Made by a program: the position numbers and the translations under genes. A stretch of DNA of 64,000 nucleotides from Octopus vulgaris. Taxonomy: Eukaryota. The stretch spans positions 115,072,001 through 115,136,000 of the forward strand of contig OX597816.1 in the NCBI GenBank assembly GCA_951406725.2. Reading direction: 5' to 3'. Every line of letters starts with the position of its first letter. The stretch's first letter is position 1. The notes under the pieces were generated by a model. It made no database searches. It was not told the origin of the DNA and saw nothing but the letters and a program-made list of their open reading frames with translations. Positions 1 to 12,127 of this stretch are shown here, one piece after another.

Positions 1-385
1 GCCGGCCGAAATGCTTGGCGGCATTTCATCTGTCTTTATGTTCTGAGTTCAAATTCTACCAAGGTTGACCTTGCCTTCCATCCTATTGGGGTCGAGAAAT
101 TAAGTACCAGTTGCATATTGAGTCGATCTAATTGACTGGCTCCCTTCCCTCCAAATTTTGGGCCTTGTGCCTAGTGTAGAAAAAAGTATCATTAGCATGC
201 TGGGCAAAATACTTTGTAGCATTTCATCTGTCTTTACATTTCTGAGTTCAATTTCTGCTGAGGTTGACTTAGCCTTTCATCCTTTTGGGGTCGATGGAAT
301 AAGTACCAGCTGAGCACTGAGGTCATTGTAATCGTCTCACCCACTCCCCTGAAATTGCTGACCCTGTGCCAAAATTTGAATCCAA
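1..385 (+). mobile_element. Two tandem tRNA-derived SINE monomers (family A, Nin/Deu-like core)
   Basis: B-box-like GAGTTCAAATTC followed by the core GACYTTGCCTTYCATCCT...GGGGTCGA...AAGTACCAG, twice; many other copies in the window. Confidence 0.8.
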
Positions 386-1104
386 TATTGCTTTTCTTAG
401 AAATCCCTTGTGGTTCATTCATTCATAATAACTATAAAATAATTAAATGCTTTTCCCTAGAAAAGTTCATTGAAACTGGTGAGGTTTTATGTAGCAAATC
501 AAACCAATCATTGCTGTGCAGTGGAATGATTCTACTACATAACCAGGTACTATATCTGATGCCCAGCCAATGGCTGTTTAAAATCATAAAGAGAAATAAG
601 CATCATTTTAATTTCAGTTTCTAATTCTGGATAAGGATTAAATTTTTCCTGTCATTAATATACTATAATTTTCTCATATAAAATCTATCATTTTTTAATT
701 TTTCCTACTGTTTTTACAGAGTAAAATAGTACACTTTATATTTTTTTCTAATGCAGAATTGCACCTCACCTGGAAAAATGCATTTTCTTGAAAAATGCTT
801 TTCGGTTTCCTACGTTTTAGATGTCAGAGATTATGAATATGCCCCATACAAACACCTTTTTAAATTTTCACCCCACCCTTCTTTCCCCTCCCCCCAATTT
901 AAAATTTTGAAGTTTTTCTGAAACTTTGTTTTAAGACCTCCTTTTCCAAATTTAAAATGTCCACCACAACCTCCCCTTACTCCATTTCTGATTTTTTTTC
1001 AACAGGTTCCTATGTTTTCGATGATGAAGAATTTTGAATATGCAAGAAACCACGTTTTCTAAATTTTAAATTCTATAAGCACATAGATATGTGTATAAAG
1101 AGAT

Positions 1105-1106
1105 AA

Positions 1107-1180
<74 letters not shown>
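1105..1180. repeat. (AGAT)n microsatellite
   Basis: Direct reading. Confidence 0.95.
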
Positions 1181-1181
<1 letters not shown>

Positions 1182-1323
1182 TGAATAAACGGATAGGGAG
1201 AAATAGATAGACAGACAAATAAACAAATGGATGAAAAAGTTAAAAATTTAAACTTGGAGGAGGAGTAAAATTTGGGTCCCTTATTAAACTTTATATCATT
1301 AATTATCAAACATATTAATATTT

Positions 1324-1690
1324 GTTGTGTCTGGGGAGAGTCATTCTCTTTTAGTGCCTTATTATTTAACACACTCACTGGTAAAATTTACACTTCTTTC
1401 TTTTTTTTTTCTAAAATTTTCGTTGTGTCTTGCAACCTTTTCAATAGTCTTGACTCTGTCAGTTATGGACAGAGTCAAGACTATTGAAAAGGTTGCAAGA
1501 CAACGAAAAGTTTAGAAAATAAAAATAAGAAATAAGTGGAAATTTTACCGGTGAGTGTGTTAAATTATAAGGCACCAAAAGAGAATGACTCTCCCCAGAC
1601 ACAACAGAATATGCTTCAACACATGAACTCATATAAAGAATCTTGCAAACCAAATCCAAAAACGAAATATATTGTTTGTTTCTCATAAAA
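1324..1690. mobile_element. Fold-back repeat (~137-bp arms, 7-nt loop), probably a Penelope-type non-autonomous element
   Basis: 1324-1460 is the near reverse complement of 1468-1605; a rearranged copy lies at 39170-39365 and related sequence at 25585-25640. Confidence 0.65.
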
Positions 1691-3368
1691 TGGTGTATAT
1701 TTAATTTACACTTAATTATTAATTACAATTATTTAAGGCAAACACATGTAGAATGCAAATTTTTTTCACTTTAATGTTTTTGCCTATATTTAATTTCGAT
1801 TTGCATATGTTCATCAATTTACTACAATCTCTTTAAAGTAAACAAAATCAATTTTAGACAGCTAAAACATAGGAACCAGAAAAAGTTTTTAAAAAAAAAT
1901 GCATTTTTCCAGGAGAGGTGCAATTCTGCAGTAGCCTGTCTTTTTTTATACTTTACATGGAAAAAGATTTATTCATTATTCAATGTAAAGCATAAGATGA
2001 ATGTTCAAATCTTGTTAATGTTATCATTGTTCTCTTTCTTCATTTCCATTTGTTCTAGGGCTATTTTCCAAACAACCATTTTCTTTTCTCCCGCTGTTAC
2101 TTGTATACACAACTATCTCAGTCAAAAAGACTTACACTGTTCTATATCTTTGTAACTTTTTCCTCTCTTCCATTTGTGGCACCTGGAAGAGGTAACTATT
2201 TTTCATATCGTTTTTTTTAAGATAGCATCTTAACAAAAATGTTCTGGAAAATAATTATTCATTGTACGTAATTTATATCATTTTAAGATATTTTCAAATA
2301 TTTGTTTACTGTCCCATTGTCGTTCATCTTTACTACACCATTTCTATAGCGTTTTCCAAAACTTTTCTGGCACACTTCAGTTAGCAATACCATTGTTAAT
2401 GTGCTGAAATTATAATGATCCTTACATAACAACTGATGAAGGGAAATCTATGTCCATATTTGAGTTTTCCAGATCCTACTAATTTGATTTGTACTCTGTG
2501 CCCAAATTTGATTTGTACCCTAACCCTGCATATGCATATGTGTGTGTGTGCTTAGCTATTTTCTGATATACTTTGTGATAAAAGACATAAACTTTGATGA
2601 AAAGCATAGAAAATCCAGTGCTTTACAAAGTTCTTTGAGATATTTGTTTTGCACAGGATCAGGCACTCTCTTATCTTTCTGGCCACCACCAGTAATGCAG
2701 TGAACCAGTGATTGATTTGTAAGAAACTCATAAACACACATTGCAATATTAAATAACTAAACAATTCTATAGATAAAATAATCTTTGCTGCCATTTTTAA
2801 CAGAGTCACAAAAACACATTTATATATATGTATGTATGCTTCTATCTGTTCTTTTTCCATGCCTTTGTCTCTCCCTCTCTGCATTCACATACACACCCTT
2901 ACACAAACAAGCACACCGTGTATCTGTGTGTACACATTTATATATGTATCATTGTGTGTGTGTGTGTGTTAATTCTTTTAACTCAAACAATATGCATAAA
3001 TAAATATACTAATAAATTTTCACTACAATGTTTACCTGTCACAGCACTAATCACAGAATCCATCTTGAATATATTGGAAACCTTTATTTGGCAGCAATTC
3101 CTCTCTATTTCTTGTTTAACTCAATGAAATGGCGAAAGGAACAGTAAATATTTACACAAAACTGAGAAAATAATTTATATTTTGTTTTGTGCTGATTTAA
3201 TTATTATTTTTCTGGAAATTTGAAACATTTGTTAATGAAGAATGCAAACAAATATAACATTCAAATGAATAATGATTTTAGTTTGGTTAGGAACAAGTTC
3301 TTAGATTCACAAGAAATGATATGATGTATTGTGATCTTTATGCCTTTCTAACTAAGGGATTCAATAGT

Positions 3369-3563
3369 TTAACCCTTTAGCATTCAGATTACTCTGTCAA
3401 ATGTAATGCTCATTTCTTCACATTGTTTTGAATTAATTACATGTCATCTTGCAGCTTTGAAATTTTGATGATGTGATTTTGATGGTTTCAGAATGACATT
3501 GTAGGGCAGATGTAGTCAGTTTGAACATAAAACAGATAGAATATGTGGACCTTATATAGCTGG
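3369..3563. mobile_element. TTAA-CCC-ended (piggyBac-like) MITE, truncated on the right
   Basis: Begins TTAACCCTTTAGCATTC; related copies at ~30050-30245 (opposite orientation) and ~62127-62660. Confidence 0.55.
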
Positions 3564-3785
3564 TTTATTTATTTACTTTTTTGAGACTGAAATTCTATTA
3601 TTTTAAACCGTAAATAGCTTCAGGTCATCACACTGTTGGTGTTGTTTTCTTCTGAATGAACAATCTTCTGTAAGTCTGGCTTTGCTTCCTTCTGGTTGAC
3701 ATAAAACAGCTGAACATCCAGCACACAGAACAACAGTTTGAGCATGACTGAATACTGTAGTGATTTTATATCACCATGGACATTT
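3564..3785 (-). pseudogene. RPS27: Processed pseudogene of 40S ribosomal protein S27 (eS27), C-terminal 49 codons plus 3' UTR and poly(A) remnant
   Basis: Minus strand 3785->3639 reads [48 protein letters not shown], 42/49 identical to metazoan RPS27 as I recall it; in-frame TGA at a Zn-ligand Cys; stop codon replaced by CAA; A-rich tail at 3582-3564. Confidence 0.93.
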
Positions 3786-3880
3786 GAAATGCAAACAAAA
3801 GAGTTAAAGGAACCTAAGTGTTTATAATCAATTTGGACTCAAATACAGATGGTACCTTCTGTAAACTTGAGTATGTATTC

Positions 3881-4299
3881 TTATTTCTTTATTGCCCACA
3901 AGGAGCTAAACACAGAGGGGACAAACAAGGATAAACAAAGGGATTAAGTCGATTACATCGACCTCAGTGCGTAACTGGTACTTAATTTATCGACTCCAAA
4001 AGGATGAAAGGCAAAGTCAACTTCGGTGGAATTTGAACTCAGAACATAACGGCAAACAAAATACCTATTTCTTTACTACCCACAAGGGGCTAAACACAGA
4101 AGAGACAAACAAGGACAGACAAGCGGATTAAGTCGATTATATCAACTCCAGTGCGTAACTGGTACTTATTTAATCGACCCTGAAAGGATGAAAGGCAAAG
4201 TCGATCTCGGCGGAATTTGAACTCAGAACGTAGCGGTAGACAAAATACCGATAAGCATTTTGCCTGGTGTGCTAATGTTTCTGTCAGCTCGCCACCTTT
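3881..4299 (-). mobile_element. Dimeric family A SINE with 15-bp TSD
   Basis: Two Nin-core monomers; flanks CTTGAGTATGTATTC (3866-3880) and CTTAAGTATGTATTC (4300-4314). Confidence 0.85.
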
Positions 4300-5139
4300 C
4301 TTAAGTATGTATTCTGCAATGCTTTTGCCAGCACCAACAAATATGAGTCAAAGACAATTTGCAAAATTGGGTCTGAGACTAAACCATCAATTTTGTTGCA
4401 GAAAGGGTATAGTATGGTATTTAAGTTATTGACTGCTGTTGAGATGGAAACTACAGTCAACCATGGAAGCTTTGAATTTAGAAAGTAGTTGAACAGAACT
4501 AAATACTAGGAAGGAAGTTTGCTTAAGTGTCATAAGGTTTGGGGTATAATCTATTTGCTCAAGAGAGATTGACAGATAAGTAGGAAGGAGGAAGGTAGGT
4601 ATTAATCCTTTTGATATCAACCTACCCAAGACACCCATGGTTCTATATTACAATCGTTCTGTTTTAAAGTGATCTAAATTAAAATCTTCCATCAAAATTT
4701 CGTATTAATTTATGTTCCAAACTCCAGCTTAATGATGGCAAAGCTATGTAACTAAATTATTCATGGCTTGAAAAATTAATTGAAAGAAAGGCATTGTATT
4801 TTAACAGAAATATATTATTGGAAAGGGTGAGGTATGCATATAGATAAATAAGGTAGGTGGATACATGGATTAGTATATAATATATATATATGTATATATA
4901 TATATATACAGAGAGAGAGAGAGAGAGAAAGTGAGAACAATAGATTCAAAAAGAAAGAAGAAATCAAAGCGGGAAAGATACTGATGAAAGAAGTGGAAAG
5001 GTGATAAAAAGACAAAAAGAAAAAGAAAGGATGGTTAAAGAGAGTTACAGAAAAATTGAGAATTTAAGGAAAAAAAAAATGTACTTGTTTCATTTTTTCT
5101 ATAACCTGTTTTTACTGATTCTTTATCTCTTTTTTATGT

Positions 5140-5162
5140 ACATCATCCTTCATCATCATTCC

Positions 5163-5193
<31 letters not shown>

Positions 5194-5335
5194 GTCATCA
5201 TCATCGTCGCCATCATCATCATCACCAGCTCCAACACCACCACCACCACCACATCATCATCATCATCATCATCTTCATCATCATCATCGTCGTCGTCGTC
5301 ATCGTCGTCGTCATCATCATCATCAACTTCTTCAA
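5140..5335. repeat. Compound (CAT)/(CAC)/(CGT) trinucleotide repeat
   Basis: Direct reading; source of the spurious poly-His ORF. Confidence 0.9.
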
Positions 5336-5595
5336 TTACAAGAAATATTTTTTGGCTCTTGAATTCCTTGAATTTTCTTTACTTTGCTTCCTGCTCTGCT
5401 CTTTCTCTCCTTTTTTCTTTCCTTCATTCATTCTTTCCCTCTCTTTTTTGTTTTTGATTTTCTTTATTTATCTTTCGTTTTCATTCTCTGAATGAAGAAG
5501 GTCAAAATTAAAAAAATTATGAAGGAAGATATAAAAACATGAGGAGGGAGACAAGCGGCAACAAATTGCAGTAAATAAAAAAAACATTATATGCA

Positions 5596-5638
<43 letters not shown>

Positions 5639-5942
5639 TACTCACACACAACCTATATGTATATATATATGTATGCATGTACGGTTACATATATATGAAT
5701 ATAAAAGAGTATGCACATGTGTGTGTGTGTATATATATTATATATATATATATATATATAATCACATGTACATGGCTATATGTAGAAATCTATGTGTATT
5801 TACATGTATGTCCACACATGCATACATTTCATTACACATCCACACACTCATACATACATGCATACATGCATTCAAGAAGAATCAGTTGTAGAAATATATA
5901 TGTATGTGCATATATATATATATGTGTGTATATATATATATA

Positions 5943-5990
<48 letters not shown>

Positions 5991-6003
5991 TATTTTTTTC
6001 ATA

Positions 6004-6054
<51 letters not shown>

Positions 6055-6060
<6 letters not shown>

Positions 6061-6085
6061 GGACAACTACCCAAGAAATTGTCAG

Positions 6086-6130
<45 letters not shown>

Positions 6131-6560
6131 GCCAGAAGGCATTATACATATGCTAAGAGGAAATTAGTCATTTCTACCAAAAATATACTAATCCCACGAA
6201 TGCAATTTTCAGTAAGACATTTAAAAATATAGACCTGTATCACAGTGATTTCATACTTACGTATATCAGCAGGCCTGAATGCATTATAAATAAACAACGA
6301 CCTGCCAAGCGATCAGCAACTGTTCAACATCAACGAAGCAATGGGTGAGTTTACATATATACATCCGGTCAAATGGCAACTTTACAATTGATTTCGGGAG
6401 AGGAAAGTTTTTGAAAAATTTAGCAATTAAGGACAACTACTTAATAAGGAAACTTAACAAGAAATTGTCAGGTATAGCGTAAAACTCATATGTATTGAAC
6501 ATATTAATTATATATATTATATATATATATACATATAGTCATTTCTACCAAAAATATTAC
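6055..6560 (-). mobile_element. ~370-bp non-coding repeat unit in partial tandem within (TA)n, carrying a hammerhead remnant
   Basis: AATTAAGGACAACTAC at 6055 and 6425; TAGTCATTTCTACCAAAAATAT at 6165 and 6536 (offsets 370/371); hammerhead at 6232-6275. Confidence 0.65.
6232..6275 (-). ncRNA. Type I hammerhead ribozyme with 2-nt core deletion (probably inactive copy)
   Basis: Minus strand: GGCCTG CTGAT[GA missing] ATAC-GTAA-GTAT GAAA TCAC-T-GTGA TA CAGGTC; stems I, II and III all pair. Confidence 0.75.
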
Positions 6561-6562
6561 TA

Positions 6563-6595
<33 letters not shown>

Positions 6596-6689
6596 TATAT
6601 GCATGCATGTATATATACACATGAATGCACACATGCATACACATACACAATATTCACTACTCATACACACACATGCATAAAAAGCGTGA

Positions 6690-7370
6690 TCCAAGGTCCT
6701 TCCTCATTAGGTCAGTGTCCTGTTTTCTATGGCATATATATTTCTACCTTGAATGGGAAACTGATTTATCAAAGGATTATTCATTTTTGCCCACTGAGTG
6801 GACTGGTGCAACTTGAAATAAAGTGTTCTGCCCATAAACACAATGTGTTGCCTAATCCAAGGTGGTGAGCTGGCAGAAATGTTAGCATACCAGATGAAAT
6901 GCTTAGCAGTATTTTGTCTGTCTTTACATTCTGAGTTCAAATTCTGCTGAGGTCGACTTTGCCTTTCATCCTTTCGGGGGTCGATAAATTAACTACCAGT
7001 TATGCACCAGGGTCAATGTAATTGACTTAATTCCTTTGCCTGTCCTTGTTTGTCCCCTCTATGTTTAGCCCCTTATGGGCAATAAAGAAATCAGAAATGT
7101 TAGCATGCCGAGCGAAATGCTTAGGGGTATTTTGTTTGTGTTTACGTTCTGAGTTCAAATTCCACCAAGGCTGACTTTGCCTTTCGTCCTTTCGGGATCA
7201 AGAAATTAAGTACCAGTTGCGTACTGTGGTCGATCTAATTGATTGCCCTCCCCACCTCCTCAATAATTTCGGGCCTCGTAGAAAAGAATATATTGCCCAA
7301 TCCAAGAGTGGAAACTATAATCTTACAATTATGAGTGCAACACCCTAACCACTAAGCAACATGCCTCTAT
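6690..7370. mobile_element. Minus-strand tRNA-derived SINE (family D) interrupted by a plus-strand family A dimer (6862-7292) with 14-bp TSD
   Basis: TTGCCTAATCCAAG (6848-6861) and TTGCCCAATCCAAG (7293-7306) flank the dimer; family D motif ...GAAATAAAGTGT...AACACAA recurs at ~15.3, 20.7, 28.8, 55.6 and 62.9 kb. Confidence 0.75.
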
Positions 7371-7865
7371 GCACACACACACACCTACACCCACACAAGC
7401 ACACATACACACAGAGAGACACACATGTATACATGAGTAATTATATGCATGTCGTATGGTGTGCATACACACATGAATGTGTGTGCATTTGTTTACATTT
7501 CTTTGCTGTCATTACCTCTGTAAATGGGATGTCTACTGGCTTAACTCATTCAAAGACATATGCAACTAGATATACCTGATTTAGAAAACAGCTAGGTTTT
7601 AGCAGCAGAAGGGCATCCAGCTGTAAAACAAGGCTTCCATAATATACTTGTCTATCAAGGTAAAAGAGGAATAATAACAAGCAAAGCAAGCATATAACCT
7701 TTACTCCATTATGAAAGAACAAAACAAAACTACAGAAAATATAAGCTTTTAATAATATTGATAAGTGACTTGGAACATATTCTATGGATAGAAATTTTGC
7801 TTACAAATGTACATAATGATAAAAATATGAAATGATGATGATGATGACGATGATGCAAATAATGA

Positions 7866-8615
7866 TAAATACCTTGATGCAATACCAGGCAGTGGTTTTT
7901 ATGGCTTCTGATTTTAACTGATTGGAAGTGCTATCAAGCACATATTTTTGTCTTGTCATAAATAGGTGGGCTGCAGCAAATATTCTGCTCAATACTACAG
8001 ATTTCCTTGTCAGTTGCTTGAATTTAACCAGATGAGCATATCCCTTAGTGGCTGATGATATGTGCATCTCTGATCATGAGCAGAAGTGATGGGGGAGCAT
8101 CATAGTCATGTGTCGAGAGGAATTCTTTGGAGTTTGGATAATTCACCTTTGGAAACATGGATGTTTTGCTTAACATCCTTAAACAACACTTATTCAGGGA
8201 TCTTTTGAGCAGGATGAGCAACTCAAGCTGAAGAAAATTCTAACTGGGTCCCACCTGCAAAATCATGCTGTTTATCTTGATATGAGATCACTATGGTGCA
8301 CACATATGGTTGTGATGAATGTGCCTGGTGTACCCTTATCAGACGAGTAGTCATGATGGGCATATTAGGCTTCGTATATTTTACCCCAGTGTTACACTGA
8401 TTGCATGCACTGCTCTCTCACCCAATCATAATAATCATAATAATAGTAATAACAACAACAACAACAATAATAATAATAATAATCAGCACATTGTTTTTGT
8501 CTTGGTATAAAAGATGGGCTAAATATTCTCCTCAATACCTCAGATTTGCTTGTGGAAGATGATATGTGCATCTCTGATCCTAGTGTCATTTTATTGGCAT
8601 GCACTGCTCCCTCAC

Positions 8616-8657
<42 letters not shown>

Positions 8658-8889
8658 TTAATGATGATCCTTTCTGCTAAAGGCACAAGGCCTGAAATTT
8701 GTGGGGAGGGGAATAGTCAATTACGTCGACCTCAGTGTTTTGCTGGTACTTAATTTATCGACCCCAAAAGGATGAAAGGCAAAGTTGACCTCCATGGAAT
8801 TTGAACTCAGAACATAGAGATGGACATAAAACAGCTAAGCATTTTGTCCAGTGTGCTAATGATTCTGCCAGCTTGACACCTTAATAATA

Positions 8890-8934
<45 letters not shown>

Positions 8935-9419
8935 TACATTGTTTTGTCTTGGTATAAAAGATGGGCTACAGCAAATATTCTGCTCAATACTACAGATTTG
9001 CTTGTCAGTTGTTTGACCTTAACCAGTTGAGCATGTCCCTTAGTGGCTGATGATATGTGCATCTCTGATCACGAGCAGAAGTAGTGGGGGAGCATCATAG
9101 CCATGTGTTGAGAGGGATTCTTTGGGGTTTGAATAGTTCACCTCTGGAAACATGGGTGGTTCTTTCAACATCCTTAAACAACACTTATTCAGGGACCGTT
9201 TGAGCGGGATGGGTTACTCAGCTGAAGAAAATTCTAACTGGGCCCCACCTGCAAAATCATGTGCTGTTTATCTTGATATGAGATCACCATGTCGCACACA
9301 TATGGTTGTGATGCATGTGCCTGGTGTACCCTTATCAGACGGGTAGTCATGATGGGCATATTGGGCTTCGTATATTTTACCCCAGTGTCACTTTGATGGC
9401 ATGAACTGCTCTCTCACTC

Positions 9420-9470
<51 letters not shown>
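7866..9470 (+). mobile_element. Three stacked copies of an (AAT)n-tailed retroposon (7866-8421, internally deleted 8487-8617, 8933-9420) plus a family A SINE (8668-8883, minus)
   Basis: Shared body CAAATATTCTGCTCAATACTACAGATTT...GCATGCACTGCTCTCTCAC, each copy followed by a TAA array. Confidence 0.75.
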
Positions 9471-9471
<1 letters not shown>

Positions 9472-9743
9472 TCTTCGTATTTCATTATTATATTATTTCA
9501 TTAATCCTACTGTTTTAATATATTCTTCTTACACATATAAATACTATATATGTCTGTATGTACATATGTAAGCATGTATCTATAATTTTGTGCTTCTGCA
9601 CGATCTTTTGAGGTTACAAATATGTTTCATGTTCAAAATTCACATATCATCATCATCATTTAAAGGCTGTTGCTTTCCATACTGTTTCCATACTGGCACA
9701 AGTTGGGACAGTTTGATGGAGAGTTGGTGAGCTACAGAGCCAC

Positions 9744-9809
<66 letters not shown>

Positions 9810-9898
9810 TATGTATGTATGTATGTATATACATATGTATATATAATAAATCTATATATATGTATGTACATATATATATATGTATATATATGTATGTA

Positions 9899-9958
<60 letters not shown>

Positions 9959-10529
9959 TAAATATAGGTTTAAATACATGTATATGTATACAATTATACA
10001 TATACATATGTATATATATATATATACACACACATTTAAGCACACACACACACACAAATAAATAAAAAAGAAACTAAATATAGAAAAGGTAAAATAGAAG
10101 ACAATTAAAAAAAATTTGAAATATTTTGTGGCAATTACAGAAGTAGATTGGATTGGTTAAGAAATGTGATCTTTTAATATTTATCTGCTTTCTGGCTCTG
10201 ATATGACAAAGTGTCATGTATCGAGTAATGATATTGACATATATATCCGATATATCTATTTTCAAAAATAACATCAATCTACGTAGAAAAGAGGAGACTA
10301 TTGCAACTATGTATAAGGTGGAGAAGATGAGGTGCTTTCATACATACAGTTAATCAATATTAAATATATTATAAACAAATAAACATAACTTAAATATCTA
10401 AAATGGGAAAATATAATTTAAGTAAAAAACACAACAAAAGATAAATAAAATAATAACATATCAACAACAACAGCAAAAGAACGATGATAAAGATAATAAA
10501 ACAATAAAATATACCCCTCACTGCACATA

Positions 10530-10545
10530 ATGATAATAATAATAA

Positions 10546-10616
<71 letters not shown>

Positions 10617-10690
10617 TAATAATGATAATAATAATAATAATAATGATAATAATAATAATAATGATAATGATAATAATAATAACAACAATA
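10530..10690. repeat. (AAT)n/(GAT) microsatellite
   Basis: Direct reading. Confidence 0.95.
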
Positions 10691-10774
10691 ATATAAATAA
10701 AAGGATTTAAAGTATCTTAGAAATAGTTAAGAAAATAAAATTTTCGACAAATATAGTTACTCACAACTCACCCC

Positions 10775-10821
<47 letters not shown>

Positions 10822-11475
10822 GTCTCTCTCTCTCTCTCTCTCTCTCGCTCTCTCTCACTCTTGATTGTACATTTGAGAATGATATTGACATTACTGATAT
10901 CCGACTAGAATGCTATTAATTCAAAAATAAATTTCAATTTGCCATTAAAGTTGTTGTTGAGTTGAGTTCCTGGTTTTGCCACTGTTTATTTTGTTGCTGT
11001 TGTCATTGATATTTATATTGTATTATTGATGTTGTTTATATTGTTTTTCTTTCATTGTTGTTATTGGTCGCTTATTTTCATTTTTTTTTCTTTTTGTATT
11101 TTGTTGACTTTTATTGTTGATGTTATACAAATTATAAACAACGCTAGATTTAATAAGATCTTTTCCTTTTCTTTTTTCCTTTTCACACATTATAAATAAC
11201 AATATGACTACATATATACATTGACACATACAAACATCTAAATACGCATACATGTACATGTACACACATTTCATATGCACACGCACACATGTGTATGTAC
11301 ATATATGTATATATGCATATATACATACATATATATCATCATCATCATCATCATCGTTTAACGTCCGCTTTCCATGCTAGCATGGGTTATATATGTATAT
11401 ATACACATACATATATATACATACATATATAAATATGCATACATATATATATATATAAATGTATATATGTATGTA

Positions 11476-11514
<39 letters not shown>

Positions 11515-11517
11515 ACA

Positions 11518-11559
<42 letters not shown>

Positions 11560-11799
11560 TATATATATATAGACACACATATATAGATAAATATATAAAT
11601 ACATACACATACATACACACAGTCACACAATTGACACACGTGCACACACATCGACACACATATGTAATCACCACACCCATCAAACAAATTGACAAATGTA
11701 TATTTAAACTTATTCATCATTCTAGTAACAATGAGTAAGTATTCTTCATAGAGAACTTTTACCAAATACATCATTATATATAAGAAATGATAATCTATC

Positions 11800-11801
11800 A
11801 T

Positions 11802-11888
<87 letters not shown>

Positions 11889-11985
11889 GTCTGTCTGTCT
11901 ATCTGTCTATCTATCTGTCTGTCTGTCTGTCTATCTGTCTATCTGTCTATCTCTCTGTCTATCAATCTGTCTGTCTGTTTGTCTA
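11800..11985. repeat. (CTAT)n/(CTGT)n compound microsatellite
   Basis: Direct reading; its right part is duplicated at 12740-12840. Confidence 0.9.
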
Positions 11986-12070
11986 CATATATATATATAC
12001 ATGAGTATGTTGTTTCTGTGGGCATAGATATGTGTGTACTCTTAAGTATATGTATGAGTATGTATGTGTG

Positions 12071-12125
<55 letters not shown>

Positions 12126-12127
<2 letters not shown>

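Larger units (their letters stand above)
748..1934. mobile_element. Non-autonomous DNA transposon with ~75-bp imperfect terminal inverted repeats, containing nested repeats
   Basis: Left TGCAGAATTGCACCTCACCTGGAAAAATGCATTTT...CCTACGTTTTAGATGTC (748-825) is the near reverse complement of 1857-1934; no transposase ORF. Confidence 0.75.

Noticed and set aside
2433-2476. CTGATGA A GGGAAA...TTTTCC hammerhead-like half
   Set aside because: No GAAA and no stem I or III; possibly a very decayed remnant but not supportable
5001-6066. Long ORFs rich in His, Ile/Tyr, Cys/Val or Thr/His here and throughout the track
   Set aside because: Translations of (CAT)n, (TA)n, (TG)n and (CA)n microsatellites, which simply lack stop codons
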